Of a stretch of DNA of 64,000 nt, positions 24,993 to 37,823 are shown piece by piece. The stretch is from NCBI GenBank assembly GCA_013265495.1, contig MU058059.1, positions 3,325,502-3,389,501 of the forward strand, given 5' to 3'. How positions within the stretch are numbered: the stretch's first letter is position 1; every line of letters begins with the position of its first letter. The notes below the pieces were generated by a model. The model did no database searches. It was not told where the DNA came from and saw only the letters and a list, made by a program, of their open reading frames with translations. The translations under genes were made by a program, and so were the position numbers. This DNA comes from Vicugna vicugna. Lineage: Eukaryota.

Positions 24993-26719
24993 TCCCGGCG
25001 GCCGGGCCTCCCCGCGTGCGGTGGGGCCCCCGGGGGCGGGAGGAGGTCGGGCGCCGGCCCCCAGCGCGGGGCCCCGGGCCTCGGGGCAGCTCGCGGGCGC
25101 CCCGTGGTTCACGTCGCCGCGCCCGGGATGTTGCCTGCTCCCCGTGCGCGCCCGGTGGCCTGGGAGGCTCCGCGGAGCCGCGGGGAGAATTCCTTCCACA
25201 ACTCCTTTTCGAGTACGCTGGTGCCCACATGCTCTAATTGAGGTCAGCTTGGTGGTTTTGTTTGTTTGTTTGTTGATTTATTGTCGTGATAGTGAAACAG
25301 GTTTTACAAAATAGTCCACCTCAGCCTTACCTGAAGTTGTTATGCGGTTTCAAGTTTGGGGGATTCTCGACCTCGGAGCCTCCCTCGTGAGCAAGCAGCC
25401 TGTTTCCTTTAGAGGCCTAGTAGAGTTGTTGAAGATAATTAAAATGTTACCTCGAGATGCTGTGAACGTGCAGGTGAAAGACGTTCAGTCGCTTGAACAC
25501 ACCGGTAGCCTCCCTAGGAGGCTTCCCCGAGCTTTTTTGTCGGGTGGGCATGTGCCACTGCCGGCACTTCGGGTTGCATTCCCTCATACTTGGCAGTTAT
25601 TCACAGAATATTCAAATAGTGACAAGGAGCAGGGCCCCTTCTGGTTTGGTGATCCTGGAAGCAGCACTTCTAAGTGAGTAGATGGGCCTGTGAATGAGAA
25701 AGGTTAACTTCACTTTCTGCCTTTTGAATTGTCTGGGTGATGTGATAATTCCTTTCTGAGTGTCTTCTTGAGAATGAGTAATTCCTATACAAACTGTACT
25801 GGCAAGTGTAGAGGCGGGAAGAAGTTGGTGCAGGGGTTTCCACTTTTCACAGTGACCCATAGATGTCAGGGAGGTGGGCTTGTTTAACGGTCACTGTCAG
25901 GAACTAATTCTTCAAAGTATCTTGGAGCAATGTGACATAATTTACCATCTCTTCAAAACAGTATTTCTCATTTTAGATCTTCCAGGGACCATTTCTCCCC
26001 TAATTTAGAAAAAATAAAAGTGGTATCAGAAAGTGCATATTCACTTGACTTTGTACAATTGTTTTTGCATCGTTGTTTGCTTGGCAAGGAGAGATTGGGC
26101 CTACAACATAACCTAAAAGTTATACTCTTTCAGAAAACGTCTGGGAACTTATGTTCGTATATGGGGAGGGAATAAGGAAAAATGAGATGATTTAGTGTAG
26201 AGGAATTTCCATGTAGCAGGAACTGTGAAGACAACTTACAGATGGATAAGGCACTGCCCCTGTCTTTGGGGTGGTAAGACTTTCTCTCTTTCTTGAGCTG
26301 TCTGCAAGGAAGGGCAGTATGTTTTTCAGTTGGCTTTGACTTGAGAAAGGATGGGGGAGCAATGGCTGTACAAGGGAGGTAGTGGCCAGTTTCTTGAGGG
26401 AGAGACTGAGGAAGGGGGTGGTGGTAAGGATAAGTGTATACAGGAGAGTATGCAAACACAGAAAGGACCCGCGTCTAGATGGGAGAACAGTGCGAGCAGA
26501 AGTTCAGAGGCCGAACTAACAATGAGTTGTGGGATCTGCAGGTGAAGCTGGCAGAGAGTGTAGGGTGGTGGCAGGTCGTGCAACTGGGATGGAGGGCAGA
26601 GGCCGAATTGCGCATAGTCTTGCAGACAGGGGAAGTAGTTTCCGCTTGATCTGGAAAGCGAGCAGGAGTCATTGAGACAGTGAAGAAGAGAGGCCTAAGT
26701 CAGCCTAACCCATTAAAAA

Positions 26720-27105
26720 GTTTTTTTTTAACTGAGGTCTAGTTGATTTACAGTGGTGTGTTAATTTCAGGTGTACAGCAAAGGGATTCAGTTACACATA
26801 TAATACACATATATTCTTTTTCATATTCTTTTTTGTTATTGGTTACTACAAGCTACTGAATATAGTTCCCTGTGCAATACTTGGTTGTAGGACCTTGCTG
26901 TTTATCTGTTCTGTCTATAGTAGTTTGTATCTGCTAATCCCAAACTCCCAATTTATATCTGTCTCCCCTCTGCTTCTCTGGCAACCATAAGTTTGTTTTC
27001 TGTGTCTGTGAGTGTGTTTCTGTTTTGTAAATGAGTACATTTGTGCCATTTTTTAAGATTCCACAGGTAAGTGATACCGTGTGGTGTCTGTCTGTCTCTG
27101 ACTTC
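26720..27105 (-). mobile_element. L1 3' UTR fragment
   Basis: actgaggtctagttgatttacagtgg...aatatagttccctgtgc...ccataagtttgttttc. Confidence 0.8.
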
Positions 27106-27389
27106 CTCAAGCCGTTTTACCTCCTTGTTTCGTGTGAAGCATTGTATTAGGTCCTTTATACTTCATGCCGTTAAACTTAAAGAAGGCTTAGGCTCAGCTG
27201 AGGCAGAAGTCACGGGGAAGGAAATTGAGGCCAAGGGAAAGCCGGGCCTGATGAGAGGGAGCGTGGGAGCCTTGTAAGACTGGAGCCTGTTCCCTGCAGC
27301 TGTCCCATGGGGGTCGTGGTGCTGAGTACCAGAGGCGAGGCTGCACAGATTGATCCTCCGGGATCATGCACCGTTCGAAGGATTCTGGA

Positions 27390-28440
27390 GATTTTTTCCT
27401 ACAGGTAATAGAGATTACGGGTTTTAATCAGGAGAGAGTCATGATAAGGTTTTCATTTTAGAAAGATCATTCTGGTATTGTAGAGTGTAGATTTCAGAAG
27501 GGATGCAGGGAAGATAAGACTGAATGCAGAAGGACTGTGAGGCACTTTTGTAATAATTGAGGTGACAAATAAGGGACTAAACTAAGGTGGGGTCAGTGGA
27601 GATACAGGACTAGGTTAATAGCACGAATATTTAGAAGGTAGAATTAATAGGATTCAGTGACAGTTGGATTTGGGGAGTGAGAGAGAAATAATAGAATAAG
27701 ATGACTAAGATTTTAACTTGGGTGATTGAATAGATAGCAGTGAAGTATGATGAGGCAGGGAATTCAGGAAGAGGAGCACATTTGGGGAGGAGCAGTACTG
27801 TAGCTTTTGAATACACCGGGCTGTCATCATCTAGAGACATGCAGGTGGAGACGTCTGCTGCACGGTTGGGTATGTGGGTTTGGAGTGCAGGGGGGACGTC
27901 TTGATCCGACAGTCTTGGGGCTGTACTGCAGGTGGTGCCTAAAGCCTTGGATTTAGGGATGAGGACATAGGGATAGAGTGATGGAAGGTAGTTCTGGAAA
28001 TAAGCCTGGAGAACAACAGCGTTTGAAGCCAGATGGAGGCAGAAGAACTGAAAAGGGAAATTCTGTGTGTTTAGAGACGTCAAGAAATCATATGAAATGG
28101 TAGGAACCCAAATGGGATCGTTTCAAAAGGAAGCTGTTCTTCAAAACTGACTCTTCAGAAAAAAGAAAAATGAAGGAAGCTATACTCCAAATACTTTGAG
28201 AACTTGAGTAAAACAACTTTTCCTAGGAGACTGTTGAATTTGATAACTCAGTGAGAGCCGTTTTGTAGCATTTAGTTATTGCTGCCATATGAGGAAGGAG
28301 CTCAGTTTGATTGACGTGAGTTAATGGGAGGTCAGTGTGGAGAAAGCACAGGTAGATTATTTCAAGAATGAGCACGTCTCAGCTGTGAAGGAGGAGCAGA
28401 GGAGGTGTTAGCAGAGGGTGACAAGCGTTAAGGGATTTTT
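27390..28440 (-). mobile_element. L2 LINE remnant (similar purine-rich L2-like sequence at ~26130-26700)
   Basis: ttttaatcaggagagagtcatgat...ttttagaaagatcattctgg...aagatgactaagattttaacttggg; minus ORF 27631-28083 weakly resembles the L2 RT C-terminus. Confidence 0.65.
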
Positions 28441-28479
28441 TTTTTTAACCTGGCAAAGACTTGAGCCTGCTTTTTTCTC

Positions 28480-30190
28480 ATAACAGCCTTATTGAGATAT
28501 TCATGTATCATAAGTCGATCCTTTTAGAGTATACAATTCAGTGGTTTTTAGTACATTCAGAGTCATACAACCAGCTCTAGATGAATTTTAGAACATCTTC
28601 ATTACCTCTTATTCATCATCAGCTACTCCCGTTCCCCCCACTCCCACCCGCTAGCAACCTCTCAGCTACTTTCCATCTCTGCCGATTTGCCCGTTCTGGA
28701 CATTTCAGGGACGTGGAGTTGCATATGTGATCACTTGTGAATGACTTCCTGGACTTAGCCTGATGTTTTGGGGGTCTGTCCACATTGTGGCATGTATGGG
28801 GCTCCATTCCTTTTTATTGCTGAGTACTGTCCCCCTGTCTGGCTACACCACATTTTGTTTATCTGCATCGGTTGATGAACATTTAGGTTGTTTCTACTTT
28901 GTGGCTATTGTGAATAATGCTGGTGTGAATATTCATAGGCCAGCCTTTGTGCAGATACGTGTTTTCATTGTTCCTGGGTATTTACCTAGAGTCATATGGT
29001 GACTTTTATGTTGAACAATTTGAGGAGTTGCCCAGCTGTTTCCCAAAGCAGCTGTACTGTTTCACTCTCCAGGGTAAGGATTCTAATTTCTCCAAGTCTT
29101 TACCAACACTTGCTGTTTTCTGGTTTTTAAGATGTTAGCTGTGCTGCTGGGTGTGAGGTGGTGTCTCACTGTGGGTTTGATGTGCGTTTCTCTGGGGGCT
29201 GGTGATGCTGAACGTCTCACCTGGTGCTTGTTGGGCAGTTGTGTGCCTTCTTTGGAGAAATATCTGTTCAAGTCCTTTGCCTACTTTAAAATTGGGTTGT
29301 TGGTCTCTGTTGAGTTGTAAGAGTTCCTTTGTATATCCTGGGTGCTGGACCCTCACCAGTATATGTGATCTGCAAATGTTTTCTTCCGTTCTCTGGGCAG
29401 TCTTCTTATGTTCTTGATATAATGTCCTCTGATGTATAGAAGTTTTCAGTTTTGATGAACCAGTTTAGCCGGTTTTTTTCTTTTGTTACTCATGATTTTG
29501 GTGTCCTGTCTGAAAACCCATTGCCAAATCCGAGGGTGAAGATTTACACTGTGCTTTCTTCTAAGAGTTTTATGGTTTTAGTTCTTATGTTTAGGTGTTG
29601 ATTCATTTTGAGTGAATTTTTGTGTTTGGTCTTAGTGAGATGGGGGTCCGTTTTCGTGTGTGTGGAAACCTAATAGTTCTGTCCTCATCTGTTGGAGAGA
29701 TCATTCTTTCCCCATTGAGTAGTCTTGATGCCATGGTTGAAAATCAGTTGAGCGCGGCTGTTCGGGTGTATTTTCGGACTCTCCCGTCAGTTGCGTAAGT
29801 CTGTGTGCTTATCCTATGCCAGCGCCACATCGTTTCAGTTCCCTTCGTTCTGTAGTAGGTTTTGAAAGCAGGGAGTGTGAGTCTTCCAACTTTGTTCTCT
29901 TTCTTTCTTTCTTTTTTTGTGGCTATTCAGGGCCGGTTGCAATTCCATACTAAACTAAGGGTCAGATTTCCATTTCTGCAAAAAAGGCTGTTAAAATTTT
30001 GATAGAGTTTGCCCTGAATCTGTAGATCACTGTGAATTACGAGAAAACTTAATAATACTGAGTCTTCCAGTCCATTAGGAAGGTGTGTTTTTTTCCCACG
30101 TACTTAGGTTTACTTTAGTTTCTGTCGGCAGTGTTTGTAGTTGTCAGTGTGTAAGTCTTTCACCTCCTTGGTTGCATTTATTCCTGTTTT
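28480..30190 (-). mobile_element. Old L1 (L1MB-like) 3' UTR + ORF2 fragment
   Basis: Continuous degenerate antisense L1; minus ORFs such as MNRYFSKEGTQLPNKH...VRHHLTP. Confidence 0.85.
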
Positions 30191-30193
30191 CTT

Positions 30194-30666
30194 TCTTTTT
30201 AATATATTTTTATTGAAGTAGAGTCAGTTCACAGTGTTGTGTCAATTTCTGGCGTACAGCACAATGCTTCAGCCATATATAGACATACACTTGTTTTCAT
30301 ACTCTTTTTCGCCATAAGTTACTAGAAGATACTGAATATAGTTCTCTGTGCTGTACAGTATGCTGTACAGTTGTTTTAGCTATTTTATATGTATTAGTTA
30401 GTGTATGCAAATCTCTAACTCCCAATTTATCCCTTCCCACCCTCTGCCACCCTGGTAACCGTAGTTTTTCTTCTATGAGTCTGTTTCTGTTTTGTAAATA
30501 AGTTCACTTGTCTTTTTTTTCAAGATTCCACATATAAATGATCTCATATGGTATTCTTCTTTCTCTTTCTGGCTTACTTCACTTAGTATGACAATCTCCA
30601 GGTCCATCCATGTTGCTGCAAATGATATTATCTTACTATTTTATGACTGTATAGTATTCCATTGTG
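30194..30666 (-). mobile_element. Young L1 3' fragment nested in the older L1, perfect 17-bp TSD
   Basis: tttattcctgttttctt at 30177-30193 and 30667-30683. Confidence 0.85.
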
Positions 30667-30919
30667 TTTATTCCTGTTTTCTTCTTTTGGCTGCTAATGT
30701 CGCATCACTAGCTGACCAATAAGCCAACAGAACAGAGTGTTCAGCTAAAGATGGGACAGAGACTTCCTTAAACACGTGGTGCCAAAAGCATCTTCCAGTG
30801 TTTTCAGAGCATGCTGTGCATCTGTGTGTGGGGGGTACCTTCAGCACACACCCACTTTAGGAGTCTGTCTTAGCCTTCATGCCTCGCAGAGGTTAAGGGC
30901 ATCCAGAGGTGAGCGTGGA

Positions 30920-31160
30920 GGGTGTTGTCAGGCAGGAGAAACTCAGTGAGATCCACCTGGGACACATCTTAATCAACTAGGTTAAAGACGAAGAGAGGGT
31001 CTTGAAAGTAGCAGGAGAGAAGTGGCTTGTCAAGTACAAGGGGCCTCAGTATAGTGAGAGTCGATTCTCATCAGAAACCATAGATGCCAGAGGCAGTGGG
31101 GTGACACCAAATACTGGGGGAAAAAAAAACGCCAACCAAGAATTCTTTGTCTGCAAAATT
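30920..31160 (+). mobile_element. Old L1 ORF1 fragment
   Basis: aaagacgaagagagggtcttgaaagtagcaggagagaag...ttctcatcagaaaccatagatgccagaggcagtggg. Confidence 0.65.
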
Positions 31161-33599
31161 CCCGAGCACGTCATAGCCCTGGGCACACGCATTTCTCCTA
31201 GATTTCCAGCAGCTTGTTGACGTTGTTCAGGTCCTTATCCCCCAAACACCTCGCTGATCAGCCTTTGCTCTCAGGATTTTTGGTCCTTGCCTTTGCCCTA
31301 GTGTTGCCTGTGGCTTCAGGCAACATCGGGAAGACATCTGCTTGCCCCTGGAGGCGTTAGCCAGGGTTTCTGAGATCCCAGCTCTCGGGGAGACAAAGGA
31401 GCCTGGAATGATGACTTGAGGTCATCCTGCTGTGAGTGCTGGAACCTGGGCTGTTGTTTTCCAGGTGGCCACTGATGCAGGAAGCCCAGGGTGGGACTAA
31501 AGTGACTTAAATACCACAGAGCTCTATGTTCTTTCGAAGATTCAGCTGTTTTTCTTGAGTAAGCGCTCCCTGGATGGCTGCAAGCCGTTGGTTTGTTTCC
31601 AGTGTTGTGAGAAAGTTGGTTCTGACCGATTTTACTTGCTTCTATGGAGGGTGGGCTTCGGGAGTTCCTTCAGCCATCATTTTACCAACATCACTCCCCG
31701 TTTGCCACTCCTTTATTTTTAGGCTGCCCCTGTCACTCCAGTTCAGGTGAATTTTTTGTAGACAGCGTACAGTTGGGTTAGTATTTTCTCTTTGTTCTTT
31801 GCTTTATCTCGAAAGAATTTTTAGCTGCTTGTAGAGATCAACATAATAAAGAGCTTTTGGCCGGCAGAAGCAGTGCCGCCTTGCTTCTGTGATTTGGGAG
31901 ATAAGGTTTCTAACAGTGGCCTGCTCGGTCAGAATACCAATTACTGATGGGTACTGCTAATTTGCCCTTTTGCTGTATCGTTTTACACTTTCACTAGTGC
32001 TGTATGAAGGTGTCTCTTCAGACCCCCCCCCGCCCCAATGTTGGATTTCATATTTGTTCATCTTTAGGAAATCGGTGGGGGGGAAGAGCGCCTTTTATGT
32101 TCCAGTTGGGGGGCGGGGGAGAGCACCTTTTATGTTCCCTATTCTTTGTGTACTTCAAGTTCATGTCTTCTACCATTTTCCTGTTTTCCTTTTTAAAAAA
32201 TTTTGTAAAATATTTGTCCTGTCCAATGCTAGTATTTTTCCCCAAGTTTCTTCTTGGCCTCTTACATTTGTTTATGGTCTTTTAAAAATGTACCTGTGAC
32301 TTTTTGAAGGTCTGTCTTTAAAAATGGGAGTCAAAGAAAGAAAAAGCAGTAAAACCGGTCCTTTTTCACACTCCAACTTATGGGGCAGTTAATTTATTAA
32401 ATCTCAAGTTTTTTGTCCAGGTATTTTTGTAGTGTTGCTTTTTTGCTCTTGTACAGTTAATAGCCCGATTAAATGTTGACTAATAATTATTCCTGCTGTT
32501 TACTGAGTACCTCCTGAAGGCCAGGAACACCCTGTGGTTTAATCTGGGCAGCAGCTTGCCAGATGGATGTGAGTGTCCGTTTCACAGGGAAGGAAGCTGG
32601 TCTGTGAAGGGTGACGGCACCCAGGCTTCTTCACCTGGCTGCCTCCCCATCGAGGTGGTTCCCAGCTTCTTCACTGGGGGATGGGGCCCCGGGTGACACG
32701 CACGTCGAATGCTTGTGTTTTCCTCAGCCGCTAAAGTTACGCTGAAGAGATAACAGCCAAACATTTTCTTGTATATCTGTCCGGAGATGATTTATACATG
32801 TACCAGCAAAGACTGCATAAACACATGTGCGTTCTGTCCTAAACAGTCACAGTATAAAAGCATGGTGCACTGACGGTGACCCAGACACTCCACCTGTCTC
32901 TGTGTATTTGAGTGAAGTCCTTCCACCCGATCACCTGGAAAGGCTGCACGAATACGCAGATGGGAAGCTTTTGCCCAAAAGGTCATTGAAAAGAAAAATA
33001 CCAGTAGAACTCATTGCGAATGGCTTTCTGGGCTGATACCATGACGTCATGAAGCATGACCGTTATCAATTGCAGGTTAAATTAATCCGAAAGCTCTAGA
33101 GATTGAGAGCCAGGTATTGTGACAGGTTGAGACTAAAACTGCATACTATTGCCATGGTTTAAAAATTGGGTGTGTTTGTCAGTTACAAAAACAGTATTTT
33201 TGTGTGATTGGGACTTCCTCCTTAATCTTTCTGTGAATGGAGCTCTTTCACCAACCTGCCAGTGAGAGGTGCCTTTAGATAAATCCATTCGGTTAAGGTG
33301 GAGAAAAAGGCTCCCCTCCCCCATCCTGGGAGGAAAGCTTCTTGAGGAAAATTCGCAGGTGGAAGACGTTAGCAATTCTCAGCAGCTCCTTCTAACGCAG
33401 AGACAGTGACTCTAGAACGTTGACTTTGTGCTTGGGAGAATTAGGGGGAAAGAAGGTACATACAGACTGAAGAAAAGCTCGCTGAAGTCTGTTTCATCCC
33501 ACAAGTAAAGTAATGGTTACAAAGCAGCAGGCGCCATACTCCGTTTTCAAGTAAGTTTAACAGTTTAAGAAAACAAGCATATTCTGACATTAGATTCCT

Positions 33600-34918
33600 C
33601 AGACTTTGTTTTTTGAGAGCAGTTTTAGGCTCACGACAAAATTGGGAGGAAGGACAGAGGTTTCCATATGCCCCCGGTCCCCCACGTGCACAGCCTCCCC
33701 CGTTACCCTCATCCCCACCCAGATGGGATGGTTGTTACGAGCGGACCTGACAGTGACACACTGTTGTCACCTGAAGTCTGCAGTTTACATTACAGTTCAT
33801 GCTTGGTGCTGTACATTCTGTGGGTTTGGACAGATGACATGTGTCCATCACTGTGGTGTCATACAGTGTTTTCACTGCCCCCAAATCCTCCGTGTTCTGC
33901 CTGTTCATCCCTCCCCCGGCCCCTGAACCACCGATCTTCTTTACTCTCCACAGTTTTGCTTTTCCCAGAATGTCATATAGTTGGAGTCGTACAGTCAGTA
34001 GCCTTTTCAGGTTGGCTTCTTTTGCTTAGTAGCATGCATTTAAGTTTTCTCCATGGCTTTTCGTGGTTTGGTAGCTCATTTCTTTTTAGTGCTGAATAAT
34101 ATTCCATTGTCTGGACTCTAACACAGTTTATTTGTCCATTTACCTACCAGAGGACACCTTGGTTGCTTCTAAGTTTTGGCAACCGTGAATAAATGTAATC
34201 CTAAAGGTAGCTGCTGTAAAGATCCATGTGTAGGTTTTTGTATGTACCTAAGTTCTCAGCTGATTTGGGCAAATACCAAAAGTGCCACAGATATGATTGC
34301 TGGATTGTATGGTAAAAGTATAGTCAGTTTCGTAAGAAGCTGCCAAACTGTCTTCCGAAGCGGCTGCACCACCAGCGCTGGGTGAGAGTTCCTGTGGCCC
34401 CACATCCTTGCCAGCGTTTGGTGGTGTCAGCGTTGTGGATTTTGGCCATTCTAACAGGTGTACAGTGGTATCTCATTTCTTTTTTAAGGTCACTTTTAAA
34501 AAAAATTGAAGTATAATTGACATATAACGTTATATTAGTCAGGTGTGCAGCATAATGATTCGATATTTGCATACGTTACGAAGCAATCACAATACATATA
34601 GTTAACATATGTCAGCATGCATACGGGATTTTAAAAAAATCCAGATTTATCTTAATCATGGTCACCGTTGTTTTAATTTGCAGTTCCCTGGTGACATGAT
34701 ACGGTGCATCTTTTCCGGTGCTTGTTTGTGGTTTGTGTGTCTATTTTGGTGAGGTGTCTGTTCTCGTCTTTTGTCCATTTTAGAATTGGTTTGTTTGTTT
34801 TCTTACTGTTGAGTTTTGAGAGTTGTTTGTGCATTTTGGATAACAGTCCTGTATCTGATGGGTCTTTTACAAATACTTTCTCCTGGTCTGTGGCTTGTCT
34901 TCTCATTCTTGGTCTTAT
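33600..34918 (-). mobile_element. Old L1 3' end/ORF2 fragment with a nested L1MA-like piece (~34490-34630)
   Basis: tttgagagcagttttaggctcac...ccagaatgtcatatagttgg...; minus ORF MRRQATDQEKVF...KWTKD. Confidence 0.8.
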
Positions 34919-34933
34919 GTCTCTTTAATTTTT

Positions 34934-35347
34934 TTAAATATATTTTTAATTGTATTTATTTAATTTTATTTTTTCTTCCACTTTTATTGATATAATTGAC
35001 ATACAGCACTGTATAAGTTTAAGGTGTATGGTGTGATGATTTTTTTCTTTTTTTAAAATTTTTATTTTTTTATTAAGTTATAGTCAATTTACAATGTTGT
35101 GTCAGTTTCCAGTGTAGAGCACAATTTTTCAGTTATACATAAACATACTTATATTCATTGTCGCATTCTTTTTCGCTAGGAGCTGCCACAAGATCTTGTA
35201 TATATTTCCCTGTGCTGTACAGTATAATCTTGTTTGTCTATTCTACACATGCCTGTCATTATCTACAAATTTCGAACAGAGACTCAGACTTAGAATACAA
35301 ACTTGTGGTTGCCGGGGGGGAGAGGGGTCGAAAAGGACAGACTAGAA
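34934..35347 (-). mobile_element. Composite L1 insertion: 5' inversion + L1 3' end + extra 3' segment, perfect 15-bp TSD
   Basis: gtctctttaattttt at 34919-34933 and 35348-35362; see findings. Confidence 0.8.
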
Positions 35348-35949
35348 GTCTCTTTAATTTTTATCTTCACCCTCCCACTCTTCTTCATTCCCCCTTCTTT
35401 TTTTGCAAAGCATTAACTAAAGAAACTAAGTTGTATGTCCTGTAGATTTTAAGGCTTACTCAGCTTAAGATTTGATTTCGTTTGTTGATTTTTGCAAAGC
35501 TGGTGTGATTTTCTCTCCTGTGTGTGTGATGTTAGCAGCCATTGATCATTATTGCCAGCATCTATTTTTAAATTGCCTATTGAGTGATGATAGTCTTTTG
35601 TTTCTTTATTTATTAGCTAGAATATTTTGATAAAAAGAAACTTGGCTCAACACTTTGTATAGGAAATTCAGGGCAAATGCGTTTGCCCTCCTTTATTTAC
35701 CAGTTACTCCAAATAATGAGATGGTTCTCTAGTGCCCTCCAAAATGACCAATGAATTTTACTTTTGAGTATCATTGTGAACTCACGGATTTAAATATACT
35801 TGGTAATTTAGTTCATGGCAGTTAACTAATTTTATTGGCGTTCATATGATCCCATCTTTGGCCAGTGGGACCTTCTTCTATTTGACTTCTGAGTCCTTTT
35901 GACTTGACTCCAAGCATCTTTCATAACTCCTCTTTTTTCTGTCTGTATA

Positions 35950-36120
35950 TTTTTTTTTTATTGAAGTATGGTCAGTTTACAGTGTTTTGTCAATCTCTGG
36001 TGTACAGCACAATGCTTCAGTCATACCTGAACATACATTTATTTATTTTCATTTTCTTATAAGTTAAGACAAGGTATTGAGTATAGTTTCCTGTGCTATA
36101 CAGTATGAACTTGTTTATCT
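35950..36120 (-). mobile_element. Young L1 3' end within an L1MC-type remnant (~35400-36200)
   Basis: ttttattgaagtatggtcagtttacagtg...cctgtgctatacagtatgaacttgtttatct. Confidence 0.75.
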
Positions 36121-36199
36121 AAATAACATCTTTCTTTTGACAGAATATTTTGGCGTCATCTTGTACACATCCTGCTCTTAGACCTGGCGTCAGCCTAAC

Positions 36200-36670
36200 A
36201 GTAATGCCCAGTAGTATGTTGTGTTACATTATTAGGTTCACACAACTTAATACATTTATGTCTTGGCAATTTAGTAGCCATGTGAAAAAATAATACACGT
36301 AGGTTGAAAGAGAAAATAATATTTTATTTCACTCTTAAATAACGAAAGTTAATGTTCTGTGTGCACCTGCTGGACACTGCACAACTTGACAATACTTTGC
36401 AGTCAGATTGGACATCACCACCCTTATTTCTTGTACCATGTTGATTTTTTTTTTAAATCATAGCTTCCCGAGAAAACCCAGTCTCACAAAAGTATGTTGT
36501 TGAAAGGAAATGTGCACCGTCTGCCGTTGAAGCCGATCCTCTTCCAGCTGGTGGTCTGCACGGTGTCTGACAGATGTTGAGGACTGCTCTGTCTCCCCTC
36601 AAATTTCAGCTGCCCTGGGAGCCCCTAGGAGCCTTTTCACCGCGCTTCAGGGGCCTCAGCACACTGGGAC
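36200..36670. mobile_element. hAT-Charlie-like DNA transposon remnant
   Basis: Recalled MER119/Charlie-type text (gttgaaagagaaaataatattttatttc...ggtgtctgacagatgttgag). Confidence 0.35.
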
Positions 36671-37612
36671 CCATGGACCACGTACTTCACCCAGTCTCTG
36701 TTGTGAGCAGTGGTGTGCATTTTTAAAATTATTAAATAACCTTTGTTGGTCTCACCCCCGCCCTAGTTCTGGTTTAAGATCTCCCTGAGAACAGAGTATA
36801 TGAGTATGAAATGCGGCAGGAAAGGCACTGTCCTCCCCTCCAGCCAAAGGATATGCCATTACTTTTAAAATGTGCTGTTGTTCTGTTAAGTACCACATAC
36901 TTACTGTGATTTTTCTGTAAGACCTTTTTTTGGTCCTCCGTGTTAGATTGGCTGCTGCTGATAGTACTTTTGATTTTGTTTATAGGCAGGGTGGGCTCTC
37001 CTCCCGTACTTGCTACATGTACACACGCTTTGGGTGGGGCAGCTGTGTGTTGGGCTGAACCGTGCCCTCCCCGGCCTTTCTCCCCGCGGGCGGGAGGCGG
37101 GCTGGCTTCTGGCTGCTGCATCTGTGTGTTTTGGCTGTTCACTTTCCAGCCCCTGACACGCTGACTCCCGGAGTCTGAACGTTCGCTCTGAATAATGGAC
37201 AGAGCTGCGCTCTTCACACTTGTTTCATCCGGCGTTGACTTCACATACTGCATTATATCCGTTTCCTCAAATAACTTGTGAGCTTTTCTGTTTTCTTGTT
37301 ACTAGTCCTGTAACGGTTGTCGTCAGCATTAAAAAGTCATCCATACACGCATATTCATTATGATGAACTTCCGGATGTCACATCTTTTAAACCGATTTTA
37401 CACACATATCTTGTCTTAGGCATACTGTGTTAATCAGTGACACTGATGCAAAACATTAAATCACTGTCATTCAGTGAGTTCCTGTGAGTGGCATATGGGA
37501 CGCTAATTCAGAGTTTGAATAGGCAGCTTCGGGTAGGGGAGAAACTGAAATAAAGCTTAAGTTTGACTGATGAGATATAAGAAGGAACAGATAACTCAAG
37601 AATAAAATCTCT

Positions 37613-37823
37613 AATGTGCAGATTCGTATTACTGTATATAAAATAGATAAGTTTCTGCTGTACAGCAAGGGAACTGTATTCAATACCTTGCAGAAACCTA
37701 TAAAGAAAAAGAAAATGAAAAGGAATATGTGTATGTGTACGTATGACTGAAACATGATGCTGTGCACCAGAAATGGAAGCAACATTGTCAACTGACTATA
37801 CTTCAACTAAAAAAAAAAAAAAA
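37613..37823 (+). mobile_element. Young L1 3' end with poly(A) and TSD
   Basis: gggaactgtattcaatacc...caactgactatacttcaact then A-run; taaaatctct on both sides. Confidence 0.8.

Larger units (their letters stand above)
23410..25230. promoter_or_regulatory. CpG island / RALBP1 promoter (partly unsequenced)
   Basis: Very high GC and CpG density. NRF1 consensus TGCGCATGCGCG 24135-24146, CCAAT 24172-24176, GC box ~24198-24207, ZNF143/THAP11-like ACTAC...CCAG motifs 23992-24005 (-) and 24055-24079 (+). Confidence 0.9.

Noticed and set aside
23985..25314. Long ORFs (296-418 aa) across the CpG island
   Set aside because: Artefacts of the 631-N gap and stop-poor GC-rich DNA.
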